Shown here in pieces: positions 1 to 8,256 of a stretch of DNA of 64,000 bases. The notes under the pieces are model-generated. The model had not been told where the DNA came from and made no database searches. It saw only the letters and a program-made list of their open reading frames with translations. The DNA comes from Thermoanaerobaculia bacterium (GTDB lineage Bacteria > Acidobacteriota > Thermoanaerobaculia > UBA5066 > Gp7-AA6), in NCBI GenBank assembly GCA_036558325.1, contig DATBFU010000067.1, positions 5,536 through 69,535 on the forward strand, read 5' to 3'. The position numbers were made by a program, and so were the translations under genes. Position 1 is the first letter of the stretch, and each line of letters opens with the position of its first letter.

Positions 1-285
1 CCTCGTTCAGCTCGCTGCCGGCGATCGCGGGGATCTCGGGGTCGAGGAGATTGATGAGCATGCGAAGAAGCCGCGTCTTGGCCTGGCCGCGCAACCCCAA
101 GAGCAGCAGGTCGTGGCGGGACAGGATCGCGTTGTGCAGCGCCGGCAGGACCGTGCGCTCGTAGCCGTGGATGCCGGGGAAGGGATTCCGCCCGGCAGCG
201 AGCTCGCGCCGCAGGTTCGCCCGGAGCTCATCCTTGACGGTCCGGGGGCGATAACCGCTCGATTCGAGCTCCTTCAGTGTCGCTG
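1..285 (-). CDS. AAA+ ATPase, MoxR/Mg-chelatase ChlI-like, N-terminal fragment (gene continues beyond window start)
   Basis: Minus-strand ORF with a TTG start at 283-285 preceded by a GAGGAGA RBS. The peptide LLLLGLRGQAKTRLLRMLINLL resembles the MoxR/ChlI-type P-loop region (degenerate GxxGxAKT). Only about 95 aa are in the window. Confidence 0.4.
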
Positions 286-357
286 GCTTGCTCAAGGTTC
301 TCCTCTTCTGGATGGGATCGGATTCCTCGCCGGCTACCTGCCGGCGTTGCGCGAGAC

Positions 358-843
358 TCAGCCCGGCCGGATCGCCGGGACGTTTTCCTCGGGGCGGAAG
401 AAGGGCCGCGACGGGCGTCCCGCGAGCGCCGCCGCGCGCTCCGCAAACGCCTCGAGCTCGAGCTTCTGGAGGCCGACGACGAGGCGCTCGACCCGTCCGT
501 CCCGCGAGACCGCGGCGAACACGGGGACGCTCGCGAGGCCGAGCGCTTCCGACGCCTTCCACGGCGGCGGGTCGTAGAGCACCGGGACCGTCAGACCGAG
601 ACGGGAGACGAACGCCTCCGTCGCCGCCGGATCGTCCTGGGACACCGCGACGACGCGCAGCCCTCGGCCCTCGCCGACCTCCCGGAGCCGTTCCAGAAAC
701 GGGATCGTCATCTCGGAGGTCGGGCACTCGGTGTGAAAGAACGCGTAGAGGGCCTCGGCGTCGGGCCGCGGGGCCGCGCCGCCGGTGTCGGTGCGAAGCG
801 CGTGGAGAGGGAAGACCGTGCCGCGGTCCGGGGAAGAGGCCAC
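358..843 (-). CDS. redoxin / thioredoxin-fold protein (AhpC-TSA/TlpA-like, CPTS monothiol motif)
   Basis: Sub-ORF of the 358..2244 minus ORF. The sequence ALYAFFHTECPTSEMTIPFLERL...VVAVSQDD...LGLTVPVLYDP is typical of a redoxin fold. GTG start at 841-843, TGA at 358-360, no signal peptide. A TATAAT lies immediately upstream of the GTG. Confidence 0.55.
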   Translation of the reverse strand: MASSPDRGTVFPLHALRTDTGGAAPRPDAEALYAFFHTECPTSEMTIPFLERLREVGEGRGLRVVAVSQDDPAATEAFVSRLGLTVPVLYDPPPWKASEALGLASVPVFAAVSRDGRVERLVVGLQKLELEAFAERAAALAGRPSRPFFRPEENVPAIRPG

Positions 844-879
844 CGCGCGATTATAGACTCGCGTCCGGTTCGCTCGCCG

Positions 880-2232
880 ATGAGCTCGAAGAGAAACTCC
901 CGCCGCGGTCTCTCTCGCCGCGAGTTCGTCTCCGGCGCCGCGGCACTCGCGGCCGCGGCCTTTCCCGCCGCGTGCCGCCCCACGCATCCGGCGGCGGCCG
1001 CAAAGAAAACGCTCAAGATTCTTCAGTGGAGCCATTTCGTGCCGGCGTTCGACGAGTGGTTCGACCGTCGCTACACGAAGTCCTGGGGCGAGAAGAACGG
1101 CGTCGACGTCGTCGTGGATCACGTCGCGGCGGCAGAGCTGCCGGCGCGGGCGGCGTCCGAGGCTACCGCCGGAAAGGGGCACGACCTCTTCCTCTTCCAG
1201 TCGCCGCCTGCCGCATACGAGGAGCGCGTGCACGACCTTCGCGATGTCGTCGAGGCGGTCGAAAACAAGCACGGCAGGATGCTTCCCCTCGCGCAGCGCT
1301 CGACGTTCAATCCGAAGACGGGGAGGTACTACGCCTTCTCGCACTCCTACACGGCGGATCCGGGCAACTATCGGATCGATCTGTGGCGGGACGCCGGCTT
1401 CCCCCGCGGGCCCGATACGTGGGAGGACTTGCGCGTCGGCGGCGGAAAGATCCGGAGGGCGACCGGGATCTGCGTGGGCATCGGCTTCTCGCAGGAGCCC
1501 GACTCGAACATGGCGCTCCGGGGGCTCTTGTGGTCTTTCGGGGGAGCGGAGCAGGACGAGGAGGGACGCGTCACGATCGGGGGATCGGGGACAGTCGAGG
1601 CCCTGAAGTTCGCCCGCGCGCTCTACCAGGAGACGATGACGCCCGAGGTCTTCACCTGGGATCCGTCGTCGAACAACCGGATGATCCTCGCCGGCCGGGG
1701 GTCTTTCGTCCAGAACGCGATCTCCGTCACGCGCGCCGGGGAAAAGACGGACCCGGACATGGCGCGGCGGATCGGGCTGACGCCGGCGCTCGCGGGCCCC
1801 GTGCGGAGGCTCGCGTGCGAGCACATCATGCACTGCTACGTCATCTGGAAATTCGCCGACCAGCCCGATCTCGCGCGGAAGTTCCTCGTGGACATGGCCG
1901 ACGACCTGCCGGCCGTCTTTCGCGAGAGCGAGTTCTACAATCTGCCCTGCTTTCCGGGGACGGTGCCGGATCTGGCCGACCGGCTTGCGACGGATCCCCG
2001 CGGCGACCCGCCCGGCAAGTACTCCGTCCTCGCATCGGCGCTCGATTGGTCCACCAACGTCGGCTACCCGGGTTTCGCGACCGCGGCCATGGACGAGGCG
2101 TTCAACAAGTTTCTCGTGCCGACGATGTTCGCCCGCGTGGTCCGCGGCGAGGTGGCGCCGGAAGTCGCGGCGCGCGCCGCGGATCAGGAGCTGCGGCGGA
2201 TCGTGGATCGCTGGACCGCGCCCGCGTCGTGA
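880..2232 (+). CDS. ABC transporter substrate-binding protein, Tat-signal (orphan paralog of 16405..17736)
   Basis: ATG at 880. N-terminal SRREFVSGAAALAAAAFPAACRP is a twin-arginine signal. About 60-65% identity by eye to the SBP at 16405..17736 (LKILQWSHFVP..., WDPSSNNR..., ALDWSTNVGYPG...). Confidence 0.85.
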   Translation: MSSKRNSRRGLSRREFVSGAAALAAAAFPAACRPTHPAAAAKKTLKILQWSHFVPAFDEWFDRRYTKSWGEKNGVDVVVDHVAAAELPARAASEATAGKGHDLFLFQSPPAAYEERVHDLRDVVEAVENKHGRMLPLAQRSTFNPKTGRYYAFSHSYTADPGNYRIDLWRDAGFPRGPDTWEDLRVGGGKIRRATGICVGIGFSQEPDSNMALRGLLWSFGGAEQDEEGRVTIGGSGTVEALKFARALYQETMTPEVFTWDPSSNNRMILAGRGSFVQNAISVTRAGEKTDPDMARRIGLTPALAGPVRRLACEHIMHCYVIWKFADQPDLARKFLVDMADDLPAVFRESEFYNLPCFPGTVPDLADRLATDPRGDPPGKYSVLASALDWSTNVGYPGFATAAMDEAFNKFLVPTMFARVVRGEVAPEVAARAADQELRRIVDRWTAPAS

Positions 2233-2993
2233 GCGGCCCCCCACCTTCCGTTTTCAAGGACCACTTCTCGGCCAACGCCGCGTCTTACGCACGGTACCGG
2301 CCCGACTATCCGCCGGAGCTCTTCGCGTATCTCGCGGGGCTCGCGCCGTCCCACCGGCGTGCCTGGGACTGCGCGACCGGGAACGGCCAGGCGGCGCTCG
2401 GCCTCGCGGAGCACTTCACGGAGGTCGTGGCGACCGATGCGAGCTCGAAGCAGCTCGCGGAAGCGGCGCCGCATGCGCGCGTGACGTATCGCGCCGCGCC
2501 GGCGGAGGACTCGGGCCTGCCGGAGGCCTGCTTCGACCTCGTGACCGCGGCGCAGGCGGCGCACTGGTTCGACCGGCCGCGGTTCTGGCGCGAGGCCCGG
2601 CGCGTGCTCGTGCCCGACGGGATCGTCGCCGTCTGGTGCTACGAGCTCTTCCGTTCGACGCCCGAGATCGACCGCGTCATCGACCGCCTCTATCACGATG
2701 TCGTCGGCCCGCACTGGCCTCCCGAGCGCCGGCTCACGGAGGACGGATTCCGCTCGCTCGACTTTCCGTTTCCCGAGATCGCGCCGCCGGAGTTTCAAAT
2801 GGAAAAGCGGTGGACCCTGGCGGAGCTTCAAGGCTACCTCACGACCTGGTCCGCCGCGCGCCGCTACCGGGAGGCGCGGGGCGGCGATCCCGTGGACGAG
2901 GTCCGCGAGGACCTGGCGCGCGCCTGGGGCCCGCCGGAGGAGGCGCGAAGCATCTGCTGGGAGATCGGGATGCGGGTCGGTCGAAGCACGTAG
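2229..2993 (+). CDS. class I SAM-dependent methyltransferase
   Basis: GTG start overlapping the SBP stop (GTGA). Motifs WDCATGNGQAALGLAEHF...VVATDAS...FDLVTAAQAAHWFD are typical of Methyltransf_11-type enzymes. Confidence 0.8.
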   Translation: MSGPPPSVFKDHFSANAASYARYRPDYPPELFAYLAGLAPSHRRAWDCATGNGQAALGLAEHFTEVVATDASSKQLAEAAPHARVTYRAAPAEDSGLPEACFDLVTAAQAAHWFDRPRFWREARRVLVPDGIVAVWCYELFRSTPEIDRVIDRLYHDVVGPHWPPERRLTEDGFRSLDFPFPEIAPPEFQMEKRWTLAELQGYLTTWSAARRYREARGGDPVDEVREDLARAWGPPEEARSICWEIGMRVGRST

Positions 2994-3004
2994 AATTCGG
3001 GGGG

Positions 3005-4027
3005 ATGGCTGTTTCCGACGCCTTCGCGCGCCCGCTCCGAAACCTCCGGATTTCGGTGACGGACCGGTGCAATCTGCGCTGCTCCTATTGCATGCCGGAA
3101 CGCGACTACTCGTGGCTGCCGCGGCGCGACATCCTGGATTTCGAAGAGATCTCGAGGCTGGCCGGCGTCTTCGCCGGTCTCGGCGTCACGCGGGTCCGGC
3201 TGACCGGCGGCGAGCCGCTGGTTCGGCGCGACCTCCCGAGGCTCGTCCGTCTTCTCGCGGCCGATGAACGCCTGACCGACCTCGCGCTCACGACGAACGG
3301 CGTGCTGCTCGCGGACGAGGCGCGCCCGCTCCGCGAGGCGGGCCTCCACCGGATCAGCGTGAGCCTCGATACGCTGCGCCCCGAGAGGTTTCGCGAGCTG
3401 ACGCGGCGGGACGACCTCCGGCGCGTGCTCGACGGGATCGAAGCGGCCGCGGCGGTGGGTCTTTCGCCGCTGAAGCTCGACGCCGTGGTGCTGCGCGGCG
3501 TGAACGACGACGAGCTGACGGATCTCCTGGCTTACGGACGGAGGGTCGGAGCCGAGGTGCGCTTCATCGAGTACATGGACGTCGGCGGTGCCACGCGCTG
3601 GTCGGCCGCGGACGTCGTCTCCCGCGCGGAGATGCTCGACCGCATCGCCCGCGAGGTCGGATCGGCGGAGCCGCTTCCGCGCAACAGTTCGGCGCCGGCG
3701 GAGCAGTACCGGCTGCCCGACGGGACGGTCTTCGGCATCATTGCTTCGACGACGGCGCCCTTCTGCGGCTCCTGCGACCGAAGCCGCCTGACGGCCGACG
3801 GGCTCTGGTACCTCTGCCTCTACGCGGCGCGGGGGACCGACCTGCGCGGGCCGCTGCGCGCCGGCGCCACGGACGAGGAGCTGCGCGCGATCGTGGCGCG
3901 GGGCTGGACGGACCGGACGGACCGCGGCGCGGAAGAGCGCCTCCGGGTACGCGAAAGATCTCCGCTCGTCGTGCGCGAGGCGCTCGAGCGCGATCCGCAT
4001 CTCGAGATGCATACGCGGGGAGGATAG
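3005..4027 (+). CDS. moaA: GTP 3',8-cyclase (molybdenum cofactor biosynthesis radical SAM protein MoaA)
   Basis: CNLRCSYC radical-SAM cysteine triad near the N-terminus. C-terminal FCGSCDRSRLTADG second Fe-S cluster motif. Length 340 aa. Confidence 0.9.
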   Translation: MAVSDAFARPLRNLRISVTDRCNLRCSYCMPERDYSWLPRRDILDFEEISRLAGVFAGLGVTRVRLTGGEPLVRRDLPRLVRLLAADERLTDLALTTNGVLLADEARPLREAGLHRISVSLDTLRPERFRELTRRDDLRRVLDGIEAAAAVGLSPLKLDAVVLRGVNDDELTDLLAYGRRVGAEVRFIEYMDVGGATRWSAADVVSRAEMLDRIAREVGSAEPLPRNSSAPAEQYRLPDGTVFGIIASTTAPFCGSCDRSRLTADGLWYLCLYAARGTDLRGPLRAGATDEELRAIVARGWTDRTDRGAEERLRVRERSPLVVREALERDPHLEMHTRGG

Positions 4028-4330
4028 TTGGCCGACGTGCGTTCCGGTGACGGGGGGGATTTCCCCGACCTTCCCGGCGCTCGAGGCGTTGCCCTTGAGC
4101 GGACTCCGGTGCGGACGCGTGAGGCCGACACGACGCTCTCCGCCTGGCGCTTGCGCGTCGAGTCCGACCGCGGAACCGGGCTCATCGTCGTCGTCGAGAG
4201 AGCGGGGGAGCCCATCTACCGCGGCGAAGGTATCCTGCTCGGCTGGTCACAGGACCGGCTCGCGGCGGCATATCGGGCGCTCCGGCCGTCTTCGGATGAA
4301 CCGCCGGTGGAAACCTTGCAGCTGGGATAG
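4028..4330 (+). CDS. hypothetical small protein (TTG start immediately after moaA stop)
   Basis: 100-aa ORF with no recognisable domain. Could be a GC artifact. Confidence 0.2.
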   Translation: MADVRSGDGGDFPDLPGARGVALERTPVRTREADTTLSAWRLRVESDRGTGLIVVVERAGEPIYRGEGILLGWSQDRLAAAYRALRPSSDEPPVETLQLG

Positions 4331-4376
4331 GTCGGACGCTCCAAGTTGTGAGAGGAGAAACGGGAGAGGAGGGGGT

Positions 4377-5342
4377 ATGAAACATCGAAATCGGAGGGCG
4401 TTCGCGTCGGTGCTTCTCGGAGCCTCCGTCGTCTTTCTCTGGGCGTGCTCCGGGATGGAGTACGTTCCCGGCGGAAGATTTTTCTTCTACCACAAGGAGC
4501 TGCCGGAATCGCAGAAGGCCATCGACGCGGCGCGGAGGGCCGGCAAGGACAAGGAGTGCCCCGCCGACTTCCAGGCCGCCGAGAAGATGAAGAACGACGC
4601 CTACGAGCTGTACTACGCGTGCCACACGGCGGAGGCGATCGCGAAAGCGAAGGAAGCGATCGCACGGGCGGCCTCGCTCTGTCCGCGGGTCGCCGAGACG
4701 CCGAAGCCGGCTCCTCCGCCCGCGGCGGCCACCCCGCCTCCCGCGCCGCGGCCCCGCGTTCTGTCCTTCTCCGGCTCGCCGAGCTCCGTCCGGTCGGGCG
4801 ACTGCGCGACGCTCACCTGGTCGACCGCGGGTGCGACCGGAGCGGCGATCGACTCGGGGATCGGAGCCGTGGACACGAGCGGATCGCACCGGGTTTGTCC
4901 CGACCGCACCACGCGCTATACCCTCACGGCCAGCGGGGAGGGCGGATCCGATTCCCAGTCCACGACGATCGACGTGACGGCGGTCCCGCCGGCGCCCATC
5001 GATCGGATGACCGTTCACGTGAACTTCGACATCGACAAGTCGGAGGTTCGGAGGGCCGACCACGACGAGCTCGAGAAGGCGCTTCACTTCGTCGAGAAGT
5101 ATCCGGGGTGCAAGATCTCGGTCGAGGGCCACACGGATTCCACCGGGTCGAGCGCCTACAACCAGGCCCTCTCGGAGCGCCGGGCGGCCGCGGTGAAGAA
5201 ATACTTGATCGACCACGGCGTGACGTCGGCCGACCGCATCGAGAGCGTCGGGTACGGCGAAACCCGGCCGATCGCGGACAACAAGACGGCGAAGGGACGC
5301 TCCGGGAACCGCCGCGTCGAGATCGTGATCGTCTCGCGCTAG
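4377..5342 (+). CDS. OmpA-family lipoprotein (OmpA C-terminal peptidoglycan-binding domain)
   Basis: Strong RBS GGGAGAGGAGGGGG before the ATG at 4377. Lipobox LLGASVVFLWAC. C-terminus VEGHTDSTGSSAYNQALSERRAAAVKKYL...NRRVEIVI is a canonical OmpA_C domain. Confidence 0.85.
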   Translation: MKHRNRRAFASVLLGASVVFLWACSGMEYVPGGRFFFYHKELPESQKAIDAARRAGKDKECPADFQAAEKMKNDAYELYYACHTAEAIAKAKEAIARAASLCPRVAETPKPAPPPAAATPPPAPRPRVLSFSGSPSSVRSGDCATLTWSTAGATGAAIDSGIGAVDTSGSHRVCPDRTTRYTLTASGEGGSDSQSTTIDVTAVPPAPIDRMTVHVNFDIDKSEVRRADHDELEKALHFVEKYPGCKISVEGHTDSTGSSAYNQALSERRAAAVKKYLIDHGVTSADRIESVGYGETRPIADNKTAKGRSGNRRVEIVIVSR

Positions 5343-5407
5343 AACGCCCGCCCGGGAGCCGCTCCTCCTTCGCGGAGGATGCGGCTCCGCACGCGGCGTT
5401 TGGGAGG

Positions 5408-5854
5408 TCAGTCGGGAGGCGCCTCTTCCCGGAGGCGGCGGAGGTCTTCCGAAGTGAGACGATCCGCGGCGGCAGGGTAGTAGACCGCCTCCATTTCGCG
5501 CTCGTGCGCGGCCAGGCGGCGCCGGAGATTCTCGACGAGCCCGAGGACGTCTCCCAGCGGTGCGTTTCCGGAAGAGATCTCCCGCAGATGGCGCGTGAGC
5601 TCCCGCAGCTGGACGTACTGAAGCCGCAGCTCCCGCGCGGCATCTCGCCCCGGCACGCCGGCCTGCGCGAGGATCGGCAGCAGGACCTCCTCTTCGCGGT
5701 GAGTCCAACGGCGCAGACGTTCCTCGAAGTCGCGCAGGGCGAGCGACTGCGCGGCCCGGTCCCTCCGGTCGAGGGCACCGAGGAAGTCGTCGAACCTCGC
5801 GCGCAGGCGGCGCTGCGGCCCCAGGAGATCGGAGTCGCCGGAGGGAGCATTCAT
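5408..5854 (-). CDS. hemerythrin-like (HHE cation-binding) domain protein
   Basis: 148 aa. HREEEVLLPI...HLREI...AAHEREMEAVYYPAA resembles hemerythrin HHE helices. Confidence 0.45.
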   Translation of the reverse strand: MNAPSGDSDLLGPQRRLRARFDDFLGALDRRDRAAQSLALRDFEERLRRWTHREEEVLLPILAQAGVPGRDAARELRLQYVQLRELTRHLREISSGNAPLGDVLGLVENLRRRLAAHEREMEAVYYPAAADRLTSEDLRRLREEAPPD

Positions 5855-5859
5855 CGCTT

Positions 5860-6438
5860 CTAGAGGCCCGCGAGGCCCGGCTCGATTCTTTCGAAGCCCT
5901 CTTCACGCGCCCAGAGATCGAGCGAGAGGGAGAGAAGATCGTCCACCTCTGGAATCGGCCTCGTGTCCTCCGAGAGGTCGATCGACTTGACGTACCGGCG
6001 GCATGTTTCGCAGGCCTCGATGCGGACGAGAGGATGTTTGTCGGTCTGAAACGAGGGCAGCCGGCGCGGATCTTCCTCGAAGCATGCGGGACAGAGGATC
6101 CGCGCGAAGAGCCATTCGCCGCCGCACAGCGCGCAGACGAGCATCCGCTTGGCGCCCTCCATCAGGGAGCCTTCGCGGCGCGCGCCCATGACGGGCGCTC
6201 CTCCGCAGAAGGGGCATTGTCCGCGCCGGTGGATCCGATCGGGTGCGATCGCAGCGATGCGGAGGACTGCCACATAGGGCCGCAGGGCTGCCCGGATCAG
6301 GTAGTCCTCCCCCCGCAGCGCATCGCCGCCCCAGTAGGACAGGAGGCGCGTTCGCGCCGTCTCGGGGGGGTCGCCTTCGCGGGCGCGGGCCGCGTCGGCG
6401 AGAGACGGCGGCCCCGCCTCCGCGGCGTACCGTGCCAC
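5860..6438 (-). CDS. fdhE: formate dehydrogenase accessory protein FdhE (coordinates from first canonical GTG; homologous reading frame is open up to 6675)
   Basis: Four CxxC pairs (CPFCGG, CALCGG, CPAC, CETCRRY) match the FdhE Zn-ribbon C-terminal domain. In the same frame upstream, RRAARAESLLAEAPAAPDALRFASGLFHLQ resembles the FdhE N-terminal region, but it has no ATG/GTG/TTG. Confidence 0.7.
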   Translation of the reverse strand: MARYAAEAGPPSLADAARAREGDPPETARTRLLSYWGGDALRGEDYLIRAALRPYVAVLRIAAIAPDRIHRRGQCPFCGGAPVMGARREGSLMEGAKRMLVCALCGGEWLFARILCPACFEEDPRRLPSFQTDKHPLVRIEACETCRRYVKSIDLSEDTRPIPEVDDLLSLSLDLWAREEGFERIEPGLAGL

Positions 6439-6649
6439 CGCAGCAGTGTTTGAGAGGACGCGCTCGAAGTCGCGGTCGAGATGCCCGGAGAGCGGTTGTC
6501 GGGAGTGCGAGGACTCGAGCTCGGCGGCGATGCGGCTCTGGAGATGAAACAGCCCGGAGGCAAAGCGCAGCGCGTCCGGGGCGGCGGGCGCCTCAGCGAG
6601 AAGCGACTCCGCGCGCGCCGCCCGCCGCTCGAGCTCCGCCGCGGCGGGT

Positions 6650-7348
6650 TTAACGGTGGACGGGGTCCTCGCCCGTCACCTCGCGGTACCAACGCGGATG
6701 GTGCAGGCGGGCCCAGGGTCGCGTGACCGTGCCGCGCGTCATCGATCCGAAGGTCCCCGGCTCCGCCGCCGTGCCGAGATAGACGTGGAAAACGAGCGAG
6801 ACGGCGAAGCAGACAAACGTGAAGTCGTGAAGGAGATAGGAGAACTCGACGAGAAGCTTCGGAAAGCTCTGCGGAAACCAGATGACGAGCCCCGACAGAA
6901 GCAGTCCCACGGCGCCGAGGGAGACCGCCCAGAAATAGAGTTTCTGGCCGCCGTTGTATTTGCCCGTGCGGGGATCGTCCGTCTCGTAGCGCATGTATCG
7001 GATCGCCCGCGAGCCGAACCAGTCGCGCTCCCAGGTCTCGACGTGCATGTCGCCGATCCACTCGACGAACTGAATCCCCGCCGCGATGAAGAAGGCGACT
7101 CCGGCCCAGGGATGCAGCAGGCGGCAGACCGTGAGCCCACCGAAGAGATAGGCCATCCAGCCGAAGACCGGCGTCCAGATCGCCATTCCCGTCAGCATCG
7201 CGACGACGAAGGTTAGAGCGACCGACCAATGGATCACGCGGGACGCGAGCCGATGCCGGACGATTTCGTTGCCGACGACCACGTCCTCTCGGTGGCGGCC
7301 CGCGACGATCGCGGAATCCATGGGGCGTTTCGGTACGACCGCGCTCAT
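6650..7348 (-). CDS. fdnI: formate dehydrogenase-N gamma subunit (cytochrome b556, FdnI)
   Basis: RVIHWSVA...HPWAG...GKYNGGQKLYFW...RPWARLHHPRWYREV matches the FdnI/FdoI family. GGAGG RBS 7 nt before the ATG at 7348. Confidence 0.85.
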   Translation of the reverse strand: MSAVVPKRPMDSAIVAGRHREDVVVGNEIVRHRLASRVIHWSVALTFVVAMLTGMAIWTPVFGWMAYLFGGLTVCRLLHPWAGVAFFIAAGIQFVEWIGDMHVETWERDWFGSRAIRYMRYETDDPRTGKYNGGQKLYFWAVSLGAVGLLLSGLVIWFPQSFPKLLVEFSYLLHDFTFVCFAVSLVFHVYLGTAAEPGTFGSMTRGTVTRPWARLHHPRWYREVTGEDPVHR

Positions 7349-7358
7349 CGCGACCTCC

Positions 7359-8243
7359 TCAGGCGTTCGGCAGGTTGGCGTCCTCGGACTCCGCCCCGCG
7401 AACCTTCTTCGGACCGTACTTGCCGTAATGCGCGAACGCGCCGATCACGGCGCCGAAAATCGCGATCGCGCCGAGAGGGCGAACGAACTTCTTCCAGAGC
7501 TTCACGCCCCACGGCACGTGCGGGTTCGCAGGCAGGGAATACCAGTCCGCGTGATCGCCATGGGCGAGCACCGTCACCACGCTCGTTCCGCCGACGCCCT
7601 GCGGGTCGTAGAGGGAGGCGTTGGCGAAGCCGTTTGCCTTGAGCTGCGCGACGCGGGAATTCCCGAGCGCGACCATGTCGTCCTTCGTGCCGAAGTGGAG
7701 GCAGCCCGTCGGACACGCCTTGATGCACGCGGGCTCGAGCCCGACCGACACCCGGTCGACGCAGAGAGTGCATTTGGCCATCTTCCCCGTCGTCGCGGAG
7801 AAACGAGGCACGTCGAAAGGACAGCCCGTCTCGCAGTACTTGCAACCGATGCACTGGTCGGCGTTGACGTCGACGATTCCGTTCGCGTACTGGACGATCG
7901 CGCCGGGCGCCGGGCACGCCGCGAGGCAGCCGGGTTCCTCGCAGTGCATGCACTGGTCCTTGCGCATGAGCCACACGATGCCGCCGTCGAAGTCCCGTTC
8001 GTTGAACCGGATGAGATTCCAGTAATCCGCATGGAGCGTCGGAAGCGTCTGATAGCTCCCGACCTGTTCGGTCGGAACGACCTTCAAGTCGTTCCATTCT
8101 TGACACGCGACCTCGCAGGCCTTGCAGCCAATGCAGGTCGTCGTGTCGATGTATTTCGAGACGGTCGCCTCCTTCCGCATGCCCGAGAGGCTGCCCCACA
8201 CGGATGCGGAGGAGCGTCGGATCTCGAGGCTCTGTGTCGTCAT
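7359..8243 (-). CDS. fdnH: formate dehydrogenase-N beta subunit (4x[4Fe-4S], FdnH)
   Basis: Four CxxCxxCxxxCP ferredoxin motifs and a C-terminal TM anchor. Typical FdnH/FdoH. Confidence 0.9.
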   Translation of the reverse strand: MTTQSLEIRRSSASVWGSLSGMRKEATVSKYIDTTTCIGCKACEVACQEWNDLKVVPTEQVGSYQTLPTLHADYWNLIRFNERDFDGGIVWLMRKDQCMHCEEPGCLAACPAPGAIVQYANGIVDVNADQCIGCKYCETGCPFDVPRFSATTGKMAKCTLCVDRVSVGLEPACIKACPTGCLHFGTKDDMVALGNSRVAQLKANGFANASLYDPQGVGGTSVVTVLAHGDHADWYSLPANPHVPWGVKLWKKFVRPLGAIAIFGAVIGAFAHYGKYGPKKVRGAESEDANLPNA

Positions 8244-8256
8244 TCCGCTCCTCCTT

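Noticed and set aside
288-2993. Very long ORFs covering or lying opposite real genes (for example 288..2993+, 358..2244-, 9001..12363+, 12186..14630+, 33256..35901-, 39353..43144+, 40741..41840+, 42915..45794- outside 44880-45383, 46832..48799+, 53799..55511+, 56499..57869+)
   Set aside because: Their translations are Arg/Pro/Gly/Ala-rich low-complexity with no motifs. They exist because stop codons are rare in non-coding frames at about 70% GC. The partner frames carry clear conserved domains. Where a real gene occupies their C-terminus (methyltransferase, moaA, ligA, M1 peptidase, and so on), an internal start was used instead.
6297-7229. 310-aa minus-strand ORF overlapping fdnI and fdhE in another frame
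   Set aside because: The translation is R/P-rich nonsense. The fdnI frame has clear cytochrome b556 homology.
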